NCBI RefSeq assembly: GCF_036365525.1
Contig: NW_027140453.1
Span: 186,001-250,000, forward strand
Direction: 5' to 3'
Length of the DNA: 64,000 nucleotides
Origin: Heterodontus francisci
Lineage: Eukaryota
Below are positions 51,616-64,000 of the stretch, one piece after another. The position numbers were made by a program, and so were the translations under genes. The notes below the pieces were generated by a model that was not told the origin of the DNA, ran no database searches, and saw only the letters and a list, made by a program, of their open reading frames with translations. Every line of letters starts with the position of its first letter. Position 1 is the stretch's first letter.

Positions 51616-54600
51616 ATGGGATATCCAGTAATGTATCAGTTCATATTCATTTACTATCCAGTACTTGCAGCAATTGGAGTTCCTGGTAAGCAGAATCTCA
51701 GCTGTTAATGGTGTAAATCGATGTTAACTGTGCTGCTGTACTCGGTATTATTTCTCACTGTGTGTGTTACACAGCCACCTATTCTTTTCCAGCAATTTAC
51801 TGATGGAATCTCCTCATTGTCTATTCTTTCAGTGCTGCAGGAGATGTGTCATGTCTTTTATTGTATTGGTTTCAGTAACCGTGGCATTCTTACTGGATTA
51901 TTCTGTGTATTGACTGCATTCAAATCATGTTCTCCGTTACGATTAATAATCAGACCATTCGGAGTTTTTAACATTTTCATGATGTGGATCTAACCGGTCC
52001 TGGAATATTTTTATGATATCTTTTTAGTGATTGATAATGAGACATCTCACAGTCTCAGTGTTACAAGGGAACAGAACAATATCCTCCCTCCCCAATAACA
52101 TGGCTCAGTTTAACTGGGATTTCAATGTATTTATTGATTATCACTGTTATCAAACATTATTTCACTCTGTGTGTGTCTGACACTGCTTCAGAAGTCTGGC
52201 TACTGAACTGAGTTTGCTGCTGACACTTTCACTTCCCCTTCTCTGCTTCACTGTGGACCCTTCACTGTCACTGGACTACATTGTAAAATAGAAAGTATTG
52301 ATATGATGTTTTATTGGTTTTCACTCGATCAGTTGGAATCAAGAGTCTTTCTGTAGATTATCAGCTGCAGCGCTGATGTTGGTGTTTTATTAATTAAACA
52401 ATCCCACATTCTAACAGATTACTTTATAATTCCAGGAGAAGTAATTTCAATGACTGTGAGGTTTGTCTGGAAGTAGCTTTCGATCCTGTTTATTCCATAT
52501 GTTGTCGATGAAGTGAAGAGTGCAGGTGAACAGGTGGAGACTTGAATGTTCTGTAGATGCATTAAATTATTCACAGAGGTTTCACCGTTGAACAAACTTA
52601 CTCTGAGAATAGAATAATTGAACCTGGGGCTGGTGAACAGAACACAGACGCAGAATGTTAGAAATAAATCCTATGTGAAAAGCATCATTAAGTAACAATT
52701 TACAGGGTGTGAGAGATAGGGAAGGAGAAAAGGAGCAGGGGGAACGAAACCGATGGAAAGAGATAAGCAGAAGTAAGAGAAAGAAGCAGCAGTGTAAATA
52801 ATTCGCTATCATAAGGTGCTGGAATGTCCAGAACAATTAGTGAGAGAAACTGTGAGTTGAAGTTGTCTGCTGTCAGATTGTGTTCATTTTCCTGTTGGAC
52901 TTGATCATCTGTGATGATTTCTGTCAGGTCCTCATTTTGTTTTGTAGAAAGTTCCTATTCCTTACTTAGTGACTGAATAAACAGAATAGAATCAGTTCTA
53001 CACTGATAGAACATAGAACATAGAACATTACAGCGCAGTACAGGCCCTTCGGCCCTCGATGTTGCGCAGACCTGTGAAACCATCTGACCTACACTATTCC
53101 ATTTTCATCCATATGTCTATCCAATGACCACTTAAATGCCCTTAAAGTGGGCGAGTCTACTACTGTTGCAGGCAGGGCGCTCCACGCCCCTACTACTCTC
53201 TGAGTAAAGAAACTACCTCTGACATCTGTCCTATATCTATCACCCCTCAACTTGAAGCTATGTCCCCTCGTGTTTGCCATCACCATCCGAGGAAAAAGAC
53301 GCTCACTATCCACCCTATCCAACCCTCTGATTATCTTAAATGTCTCTATTAAGTCACCTCTCCTCCTCCTTCTCTCAAACGAAAACAACCTCAAGTCCCT
53401 CAGCCTTTCCTCGTAAGACCTTCCCTCCATACCAGGCAACATCCTAGTAAATCTCCTCTGCACCCTTTCCATAGCTTCCACATCCTTCCTATAATGCGGT
53501 GACCAGAACTGCACGCAATACTCCTGGTGCGGTCTCATCAGAGTTTTGTACAGCTGCAGCATGACCTCGTGCCTCCGAAACTCGATCCCCCTACTAATAA
53601 AAGCTAACACAGCATATGCCTTCTTAACAGCCCTATTAACCTGGGTAGCAACCTTCAGGGATTTATGCACCTGGACACCAAGATCTCTCTGTTCATCTAC
53701 ACTACCAAGAATCTTCCCATTAGCCCAGTACTCTGCATTCCTGTTACTCCTTTCAAAGTAAATCACCTCGCACTTTTCCGCATTAAACTCCATTTGCCAT
53801 CTCTCAGCCCAGCTCTGCAGCCTATCTATGTCCCTCTGTACCCTACAACATCCTTCGGCACTATCCACAACTCCACCGACCTTAGTGTCATCCGCAAATT
53901 TACTAACCCACCCTTCTACACACTCTTCCAGGTCATTTCCAGATTGTGTTCATTTTCCTGTTGGACTTGTTCCTCTGTGTTGATTTCTGTCAGGGCCTCA
54001 TTTTGTTTTGTGGAAAGTTCCTGTTCCTTACTTAGTGACTGCATGATCTGAATAGAATCAGTTTTACACTGATGGAAATTTTTTATTTAAATACTGCACT
54101 TTAAAATCTCTGTGACTACTGAATTCAATAAAGAGCGAGGCTGATATCAGAAATATATTTAAATTTATATTTAATTGCCTCTACAAACTAAATATATTGA
54201 CGATATTGTACAAACTGTGCTCCAACACCAATTACCACAGGGATTATTGTTTGAATGTATGAATTGAGTTGTATTGCTGGGATCTATATATTAGATTTCC
54301 TCTAACACTCTGCTGCAGTCTCTCTCTGTGAATCTCAGCCTCTCCTCTCACTGTATTGAATCTTCAGTCTCCTCATCATCCATTGCTTCAGTTTATCCAC
54401 ATTCCCAAACCATTTGCTCCAGTCTCCCCTCCAGCTCCAACATGTCCTTTTCCTTCTCTCCCTCCCAATTACCCTCACTGGCTCCACCTCCTGCTGCCTC
54501 GTCCAACCTGATAGGAATACAGTAACATATGAGTAGGAGGAGGCCATTCAGCCCTTCGGGCCTGCTCCACCATTCTAGATCATGGCTGATACTCAAACTC

Positions 54601-55929
54601 AGCGCTGCAGTTTTCAGCCTTTTCCCATTTGATAACAGTCCCTAAACCCAGAGCAACAAACCATCCCGCTCTCCACAAACCTTCCTAACCAACAGTCTGG
54701 AGACACATTCTCAATTAACACATTGGATTCCATCTCTGTAAAACCCCTTCTCATTTCCCCACTGACACTGCATCCTCACGCAGTACTTTCAGTATATCCA
54801 GTGCTGACTTTATTCACTTTCTATATCAATTTCCCAATTCATTATTAATAATTGTGTTTTCAAACATTTCACTTTGACAAAGCACTGCCCAGTTCAATGA
54901 ATCAGTTTTCACTGCTCGATGCAGCAACAAAGCTGGAAATTTCAGCCCAGATCCTGTCAAACTGCTGCTTTGTCTCCAGGTCTGATCAGTAATTTCTCTG
55001 CTTCCTTTTCTCTCTCTCTTCCAGTTAACTTGGTGGCGATTGTGATCCTGTCCCGAGGAAAGTGCGGTCTCTCCAAATGTATCACTGTCTACCTGGTGGG
55101 AATGGCAGTGTCTGATCTCCTGGTCGTTATCACTAATCCCATATTGAGATGGATTGGATCAATTTATTTTCCATATTCATTCCTGAACATTACTCCTGTC
55201 TGTTCTCTCCTTGCCGTTTTGATTTCTGCATCCACAGTTGTTTCTGTCTGGCTCACAGTCACTTTCACCTTTGATCGATTTGTGGCCATTTGTTGTGAGA
55301 AGCTGAAAACAAAATATTGCAGCGAGAAAACGGCGGCTGTGGTTGTTGGAACAGTGAGTGTGCTGGGCTGTTTAGAGTCTCTCCCCTGGTACTTTACACA
55401 GGAACAATATTACATTATTAATAATGTTCCCATGGGTTGTGTTTATAAACTGAGTTTCTTTACTTCCCCCATATGGGGGGCATTTGAATTGTTTAATTAC
55501 ATTTTAACCCCTTGTGTCCCGGTCTTTCTGATGTTGCTGCTCAATGTTCTGACTGTCAGACGGATTTTATTCTCCAGTAAAGTCCGCAGGGGATTCCGGC
55601 GCCACAGCAATGCAGAGAATCACAAGGACGCAGAGATGGAGAATCGCAGGAAATCAGTTATTTTACTCTTCAGTATATCCGGCAGTTTTATCCTGTTATG
55701 GGTGACCCGTGTTGTGTTTATCATTTATTGTCGAATTGCAGATATTCTATATTATTCCTCCCTCACTGACCCTCTCTTTATCACAGAACAAACATCAAAG
55801 ATGCTGCAGATTCTCAGTTCCTGCACCAACACATGTATTTACATTGTGACCCAGACTAAATTCAGACAGGAGCTGAAGAAGGGGGTGAAATACCCTCTCA
55901 ATCTCATTGTTAAATTAGTGAAATCATAG
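51616..55929 (+). CDS. GPR139/GPR142-like class A GPCR, 324 aa, two exons (51616-51685, 55025-55929)
   Basis: Exon 1 MGYPVMYQFIFIYYPVLAAIGVP/GTAAG splices in phase 1 to VNLVAIVILSRGKCGLSKC...; seven hydrophobic helices, TFDRFVAIC, NTCIY; AATAAA at 56449. Confidence 0.92.
53008..53937 (-). mobile_element. Young CR1 LINE 3' end in the GPCR intron
   Basis: Uninterrupted 259-aa ORF2 C-terminus, (ATGTTCT)n tail, 134-bp flanking direct repeats. Confidence 0.95.
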
Positions 55930-56039
55930 AAAGAGCTGAAGGGTTTCAAACACTGTAACTAAATCCCATTCCCCCCTCCCCCCCCAGACCCCCAGCTCCA
56001 CCTCCCACCCTCCACCCACCTTTGTGATTATTTGACCGG

Positions 56040-56141
56040 CGCCATCTTTAGTCCTGGCAGCTGCCTGCACGTGGCAGACCATGACGTTTAATTGGAACAG
56101 TGTACATTTGCGCATGTGCTAGTACAGCGCCACCTAGTGGT
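56040..56141 (-). promoter_or_regulatory. Motif-dense element ending in a consensus reverse CTCF site
   Basis: CGCCATCTT (YY1), CACGTG, TGACGT, ATTGG, TGCGCATG, CAGCGCCACCTAGTGG. Confidence 0.7.
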
Positions 56142-58179
56142 TGCCTTGTCAACAACCGCCGCCAGTGGACAAAGCTGCAAATGGCAGTGATTGTGAGGTG
56201 GGGAGAGGGGCAGTAACTGCAGTGAGGCAGGGACACCAGCAGATGGAGATGTTGAGAGGGGGCAGCAACTGCAGTGAGAGAGGGACACCAGCAGATGGAG
56301 ATGGTGAGAGGGAGACTGTAACTGCAGTGAGAGAGGGGCACCAGGAGATGGAGATGCTGAGCCGTTGCTGATCGAGATTCTGTGTTGCTGAATGTTTGAA
56401 AGTTTTTACAAGTTTGCGGAATTTTCTTTCTGTAAACTTGAGATGCTCAATAAAATAATTTCAATACAGTTTGTGTAAAGTGGCTATTTTACTACGATGT
56501 AAACACTTGTAACATTAAACTCGTTACTGTTTGGAAAATTATTTTAAATGATTAAAGGTAATGGATAAATAAATTAACAGCATCAAATTAAACTCAATCA
56601 TTTTCAAATAAAAACTCTCTATATAAGTGGTGTTCAATTCTTCATCACTATGGTTATGGCATCTCTGTCTCGCTCTCACTTCTCTCTGCTGGTATCTTCT
56701 CTACTATAATTCAGAGAAATTGAAGTTTTGATCCGATTGTATTTTGAAAGTTAATATTGAATCTGCTTTCAGAAACCTGTCAGACAGTGAATTCCAGACC
56801 AGAGCAACTCCCTGCCTATTTGTTTCTCCCCTCTGCTAGTGAAAACAGTCTCTCCTCATATCTCCAAACTGAGGGAAAGATTTTGAATACAATATAATTA
56901 ATTTCTCCAGGACAGCAGCTGCAGAGGAATGTGGACAAACAATGAACAAAAATCCCTCTGAATCCCCCAGGAGAACAGAGGAAAGAAACAGTCAGGAAGC
57001 AAATGGAAACAAGTGACACTTTATTGCAGCAGTAAAAACTCTTTGTCAGAATGTAGAGGTCTTTATCACTGAACTTTATATAAACTGGAGGTGAAAAGTG
57101 GAAGATCTTAAATATCATTTAAGATAAATGTCCATTTCCCAGCTTTGTAAACCCTTGTAACATTAAACTGGCGAATGTTCAGGAGGTTTTTTCGATTGAT
57201 TACAGGCTAATGCATAAATACAGCAGCAGCAAATAAACTACAAAGAATCATTGACAAATATAACAGTAAATTTGGGTACGAATTGTTGTGTGAAATGTCA
57301 CTGGTTATAAAAGTTCTCTTGGCTGCCGCATTAACCTGGCTCCAGTTTCACTCTTTGTCATACAGTGAAATTGAAAAACCGAATAAAAACTGCCTGTTTA
57401 TATTGCAGTCAAACCGGCCTCTCCAGCAATAACACTTTGTCACAATTTCAAGGTAATTGCAGTGAGTCATTTTCTGAACTTTCTGTTAACTGGATGTGAA
57501 TAGTGAAAGACATTTAATACAATCAGTGTTAAATGCCCATTATCCAAACCGGCCCCTCCAGGTTTTAAATGACAGCAGCTTTTCTGCTCTGTTCATGAGG
57601 TTTTTGGGGGAGGGAGAGAGAGACAGACAGACAGACAGGTTTCTGTCTGGAATGGTCCATTTGGGATATGGCTGGAATATCCCTCTCTCTACCATTCCCT
57701 GTTTGCACAGAAACTCACCTTGGACTGTCTCATACCTGGGAGGGAGTGTCCAGATGGAGGAAGCTTGTAGCTGGTTGGATAAGCTGTATTTTGGGTGGAC
57801 TGGCTGTTTTGAGTGACAGGTTCTGGGATATATTAGGACAACATCAGCCTCCATTCTTTCTTTCCATGCGGCTGGTTTCTGAAGGAGAGTTTCTGTGTTT
57901 CAGTCTCTGTGTCTCTGTGCCCAGGTGAATTGCAAGCTGATTACAGTGTATGTGTGTGTGTGAATGTCCAGTCTGATTCCCCTGCTCTCTCTGTCCCAGT
58001 CCTGACGCTTATCTCCAAATCCCACCCCAATGCCCCTCTCCAGGATCTTTTCCCCATGGATGAGTTGATGGAGAGATGGTGTTAGAGTCCAACGATGGAA
58101 CGCAGACGGTGTGGGATGGTGTGTATCACATCTTTATTGTCTCTCTCTCCCTTTCTCCCTCCTTCTGACTCAGTTTCTT

Positions 58180-59525
58180 TCACTCAGTCTCTCTCACTGA
58201 ATCTCCCTATCACTGAATCTCCCTCTCACTGAATTCTCTCTCTCACTCAGTCTCCCTCAGTCAATCTCCCTCTCACTGATTTCTCTCTCTCACTGATTTC
58301 TCTCTCTCACTGAATTCTCTCTCTCACTGAATTCTCTCTGTCACTCAATCTCTCTCTCACTGAATCTCTCTCTCACTGAATCTCCCTCTCACTGAATCTC
58401 TCTCTCACTCAATCTCTCTCACTCAATCTCTCTCTCACTCAATCTCTCGCTCTCTCAATCTCTCTCTCACTCAATCTCTCTCTCACTCAATCTCTCTCTC
58501 ACTCAATATCTCTCTCACTGAATCTCTCTCTCTGAATCTCACTGAATCTCTCTCTCACTGAATTCTGTCTCTCACTGAATTCTCTCTCTCACTGAAATCT
58601 CTCTCTCTCTCACTGAACTCTCTCTCTCTCGCACTGAAATCTCTGTCTCTCGCACTGAAATCTCTCTCTCGCACTGAAATCTCTCTCTCTCTCGCACTGG
58701 AATCTCTCTCTCTCTCACACTGAAGTCTCTCTCTCTCTCGCACTCAATCTCTCCCTCTCTCTCTCTCGCACTCAATGTCTCTCTCTCTCTCGCACTCAAT
58801 CACTCTCTCTCTCGCACTAAATCTCTCTCTCATTCTCTCTATTTCTCAATCTCTCCCTCACTTTGTATTTCTGACTCTGTTACTCTCTCTCTCTCTGTTC
58901 CTCAATCTCTGCTCTCTGTATTTCTCCCTCTCTGTGTTCCTCCATCTCTCTCTCTCTCCCTCACTTTGTGTTTCTCTCTCTCTCTGAGTGATTGTGCGTC
59001 TTTCTGTCTCAATGGCTTTCTCTGTCATCTCTTTCAATCTCTCTGTGATTCTCTGTGTCTTTCTCATTGGCTTTCTGTCTGTCTCTTTGGTGCCTGCAAT
59101 TTCTTTGAGTCTTTGTTCTTTCCCTCCACTTTTTCCCCTCCTCTTTTTCTCTCTCTTTCTGTCCTTTTTCTTATTCTGACTTTCCTTCAATTCTCTATTT
59201 CTGACTTTTTCTGTCTTTTCTCTATTTCTGTCTCTCTGTCTTTTCTCTATTTCTCTGAGTTTCTCTCTCTTTTCTGTTTCTGTGTCTTTCTTTCTTTTCT
59301 ATCTTCTCTCTTTCTATTTCTATCTTCTCTCTTTCTCTTTCTATCTTTTCTCTCTTTCTTTTACTCTCACCTTGTCTCTCTCTTTCTTGTCTACTTCTAT
59401 CTTTTCTCTGTCTCTTTCTATCTTTTCTCTCCTTCTTTTTCTCTCTCTTTCTTTGTATCTTTCTGTCTTCTCTATTTCTCTTTCTATCATTTCTCTCTCT
59501 CTTTCTGACTTTTTCTGTCTTTTTC
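58180..59525. repeat. (TCTCTCACTGAA)-type repeats and CT-rich low-complexity DNA
   Basis: Direct inspection. Confidence 0.9.
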
Positions 59526-59629
59526 TGACCCTATCCACCCCATCAATTTATCCACCCCTCAATTTATCCACCCCCTGCAATTTTTGTGCACCAAGCAAAT
59601 CTTTTTCCCTGCAATACTTCCCCCCCCAG

Positions 59630-60315
59630 AAAACATCTCCCCCTTGCACAGACCCCCCCCAATCTAAATAATCCTCGTCTGCAGACCCCGATCTGATATC
59701 TCCTGTTAACTGACCCCCATCTAATACCCTCATTATCAACAGAACCCATCTAATTATCCCCTTCCCTCTGTTACAAGACAACCCATCGAAATACCCCCAG
59801 ACAGACTCCCATCTAAATATCCCCCCGCGAACAGACCCCCATCAAAATACCACCCCCCCCCCCCCAGACAGACTCCCATCGAAATACCCCCCGGGAACAG
59901 ACTCCCATCTAAGTACCCCCCAGGAACAGACTCCCATCTAAATACACCCCGAGAACAAGCTCCCATTTAAATACCTCCCACCCGTGAACATACTCCCATC
60001 TAAATACCCCCCAGTAACTTGCTTCCATCTGAATAAACCCCCCCTCAGGACCAGACCCCCATCTAAATACCCCCCCAGGAACAAACTCCCATCTAAATAC
60101 CCCCACCAGGAACAAACCCCTATCTGAATACACCCCGGGAAAAATTTCCCATCTGAATAGCCCCCGGAACAAACACCCATCTAAATACCTCCCGGGAACA
60201 AACTCCCATCTCTATACCCGTCCGCAACAGACCCCCATCTAAATACTGCCCCCTTCTGTGAACAGACCCCCATCTAAATACCCCCAGGAGCAGACTCCCA
60301 TCCAAATACCCCCAT
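59630..60315. repeat. ~28-30-bp C-rich minisatellite (AACAGACTCCCATCTAAATACCCCCC)
   Basis: About 20 degenerate tandem units. Confidence 0.88.
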
Positions 60316-63169
60316 TAACTGACCGTAATCTAATTCTGCCCCCTACCCTCCACTGTAAACACTTCCCCTTTCTGAATACCCTCCCTGTCGTGTAAAAGCA
60401 ACCCCTTTATTTAATCCCACACTGTATCATCTCCCCCGTGAACAGCCCCCTCCCCGCACCCCTCCACCCCCCCCCCCCGTGTTATTCCCACCTCCATCAC
60501 TTACCTCGGTTTGGCTCCGTCTCCCGACAACCCTTCGTTCACTTTAATTCCTGATCTGGATAAGCCAGTGGAATTCCATCAACAGGCTCCCAGAGCACCG
60601 GCACCTTTAACTCATGTCAGGCCAAACACTGGGCCGGGCATAGAGCAAGGACCTTCAGAGGCTAACTGGCATTCTGAGCCTTTAATGCACAGGAAGATCC
60701 CAGCTCCAGACACATCCCTCTCTGCAGAAAGGTGTTTCACCTGTTCTCCCCATCGGCTTCAGGGAATCAAACAGAGGGAGACACACACAAACACTCACAC
60801 ACTGACTGGCACAGGGACGGGAGGAGGCCATTCAGCCTTTTGAGCCTGACCCACCCATGTTAGATCATGGCTGATCTGTCCCTTCCCCCATTGAGCCACA
60901 AGGAGACAGGCAGAGACAGTCAGGGAGCAGATACACAGAGAGTCAAAGAAACACTGGGCTGGACTCGGACTTGGTGCCAATGGTGCAAACCAGGATGGAG
61001 GGGAGGAGGGTGGTTGTGAATCGGCTGTCCGTTCAGCTCCTCCCCCCTGTTTTTACATCAATGGGAGCAAAACTGGGCAGAGATGGAAAGCAGGATCCCA
61101 CTTCACAATCACCCTGTACAACACCAAGGCAGCGAGTTCAAATCCACCCCCAGACAGAGGGAGAGTGACACAGAAAACAGATCCCAGGATTAGGACAGAA
61201 CAGAAAGAGAGAGAAATAAATGGAAATGGAGCTGGAGTCCGAAACCAGTGAGAGAAACTGAGAACAGAGGGACAGAAATACCGAGAAGGGCAGAGAGAGA
61301 GAGAAATGGAGACATACACAGAGATGTAGATATTGAGAAAGATCGCAGACAAAGAGAGATGCAGAGACAGAAAGAAGTGGAGGGGCAGAGATACAAAGTA
61401 AGACGCGTTTCCAGATAAGAGAGGGGTGTCCCGGGATGGGGGAAATGCAGAGATAATCTTGCAGGAAAGGAGGAGCAGAGATGGAAAGATTCAGGGATTT
61501 GGAAGTGAGTGGGAGAAGAGAGAGAGAGACAGATAAAGAAGCAGAGAATCGCAGAAAGAGAGTGACAATGGAAACCTGTGAGACTCTAGCGAGGGGCAGA
61601 GAAAGAAAGGATGTTGAGAGATAGAGATAGAGATTTAAAGATGTGAAGAAAAAGAACTAGGAACAAGGAGGAAGGTGCAGGGAACATGTTGCAGCAAGAG
61701 ATGGAGAAAGGGAAATCTACGGGATTACATTGACTGTTCTGGAGCAGCGCTTCCCAAACTATTCCCTTCGGGAGCGCCCTCCAGCCCCCTCCCTATTGGG
61801 AGAAAAGCCACAGACCCCCGAAAACACAAAATCAAAATACTGCAGATGCTGGCAATTTGAAATAAAAACCGTGCTGGAAATACTGAGCATTTCCAGCACT
61901 TTGTTTTTCTATCAGCCCCGAAATCACACACAGTCTTCTTTTTTGTATTTAGAAATGAACTTGACAATGACAAATATATATTTATTATTATTTTCCCTCC
62001 CTGGTTAAAGCTCTTGTCTGAGAATTCCACGTGGCCTAAAGATTCTACCTTTGCATCATCACAGCTGCTGCTTCCGAAAAGATTCTCCTTGGGAATAAGA
62101 AATAAATTAGATTCAAATAAAGCAAAGCATTTTTGAACAGAAATAAAACACAGCGAGAGCCCAGGGCTCTTTCTCTCACTCACTGACAGAAAACAATCTC
62201 CCAGTGACTCCCCATCTTACTAACACATCCCCGACACAGAGCCAGAGACTGGGAAGTGTGGATGTGTTTACCCTGTCATTTCCTGCTGTCTCTCCCTCCC
62301 TCTCTCTCTCTCTCTCTCTCTCTATTTCTCTGTGTGTCTCTCTACATCTGTTTCTGCCTCATTGTAAAAACACACAAACACTGGTGACCCCCATCCTCTC
62401 TCCCATAGAAGGATAGAGAGAGAAATCCACATTCCCATCCCTGAAACTCTGCCAGGTGATTCATTTCACTGTCAAATTCAGCCCACAGCCTAAGACACCA
62501 GCATTATTCGGGAATGAGAACAAGCCTTTCCAAACCTTCACATTTCAGCCATTTCATTGCTGATTCACAGAAGTATTTGACACTCAATGAATTAATTTTT
62601 AAAGTGCTCGTCACTGTTGCAATGTTGGAAATGCTGCAGGCCATTGGTACACAGCAAGATCCCACAAGCAGCAGTGTGATAACAGCCGGCAAGCTGTGCA
62701 CAGCAAGATCCCAGCAATGGTGCCACTTCAACCAAGGTTTTGCACCAAGGCTGCTCCTTTAACCCCAGGCTTTCAACCTATTTAAAACAGCAGGGCCCCA
62801 ATCCGACAGGAACTGGTTAGCCCAGGACCCCAGACATGAAATTAAACCACGGCCTAATAAACAGACACAACTCACGTGGGCCCTTTGGGTGCAGCCTGTG
62901 GACAAGGCCTCAGTCCGTCCCCTCAGGAGGAAGCTCCTGTCCAAGGATTCCTCGTCCCAAACTTTCCCTCTTTTCATCTTCACCATGCAGTTTTCAGAAT
63001 GAAAATTCCTAAGGCAAGACGGAGAGAGAGAAAATTGATTAAAATACATTGTTAAACAAAATAGCACAGCAAGAGCCCAGGAATTGCCCTCGGTTACACA
63101 GACACTCTCTCAGCAACACCCAAATACAAACAAATCACAGTTAATAAACCAAAGGATAAAAGGATTGTG

Positions 63170-63825
63170 ACAGCAACTTCCCTACCACTGACGTCAGGCT
63201 CACCGGTCTATAATTACCTGGATTATCCCTGCTACCCTTCTTAAACAAGGGGACAACATTAGCAATTCTCCAGTCCTCCGGGACCTCACCCGTGTTTAAG
63301 GATGCTGCAAAGATATCTGTTAAGGCCCCAACTATTTCCTCTCTGGCTTCCCACAGTAACCTGGGATAGATCCCATCCGGACCTGGGGACTTGTCCACCT
63401 TAATGCCTTTCAGAATACCCAACACTTCCTACCTCCTTATGCCGACTTGACCTAGAGTAATCAAACATTTGTCCCTAACCTCAACATCCCTCATGTCCCT
63501 CTCCTCGGTGAATACCGATGCAAAGTACTCGTTTCGAATCTCACCCATTTTCTCTGAGTCCAAGCATAACTTTCCTCCTTTGTCCTTGAGTGGGCCAATC
63601 CTTTCTCTAGTTACCCTCTTGCTCCTTATATATGAATAAAAGGCTTTGGGATTTTCCTTAACCCTGTTTGCTAAAGCTATTTCATGACCCCTTTCAGCCC
63701 TCTTAATTCCTCGTTTCAGATTGCGCCTACAATCCCGATATTCTTTCAAAGCTTCGGCTTTCTTCAGCCGCCTAGACCTTATGTGTGCTTCCTTTTTCCT
63801 CTTAGCTAGTCTCACAATTTCACCA
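63170..63825 (-). mobile_element. CR1 LINE ORF2 internal fragment
   Basis: KENPKAFYSYIRSKR...KSPGPDGIYPRLL...EDWRIANVVPLFKKG..NYRPVSLTSVVGKLL. Confidence 0.93.
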
Positions 63826-64000
63826 AGATCCCACAATTTCATTTCACCCTCAAATTCAGGGCACTGCCCAAAACACCATCATTACTCCGGAATTGTACTG
63901 GCTTCAAGCTCAGGACTTTAATTCCAGGCCTTCAGATAATGCAAATATGCAGATAATCTGTTTTTAGTGCACAGCAAGATCCCAGCAATGTTGACACTTC

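Noticed and set aside
54919-55024. ORF-track N-terminus of the GPCR
   Set aside because: Intronic read-through; there is a polypyrimidine tract and AG at 55024, and the real first exon is at 51616.

Overview
Vertebrate genomic DNA, most likely from a cartilaginous fish (inferred from the CR1/L2 LINEs, DeuSINE and Penelope-type repeats, and a shark-type GPR139-like gene). The core, 18-41 kb, is a T-cell receptor beta-type V gene array. It has six intact leader+V+23-RSS segments (one inverted), one 3'-truncated V, one orphan frameshifted leader, and one 3' V remnant that keeps its RSS. Four segments belong to a TRBV30-like CAW family. I found no D, J or C segment. Downstream is an intact two-exon GPR139/GPR142-like class A GPCR gene. 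Upstream are three phase-compatible exons of an unidentified gene. The rest is retroelements, minisatellites and assembly gaps. The most interesting signals are non-coding: a recurrent ~48-bp CTCF-type element upstream of V genes from different families, convergent with a reverse CTCF site at 56.1 kb; a perfect AP-1 site in the 23-RSS of the CAW family; inverted minisatellites flanking the inverted V; and retroelement insertions with very long flanking direct repeats. All alignments were done by eye.
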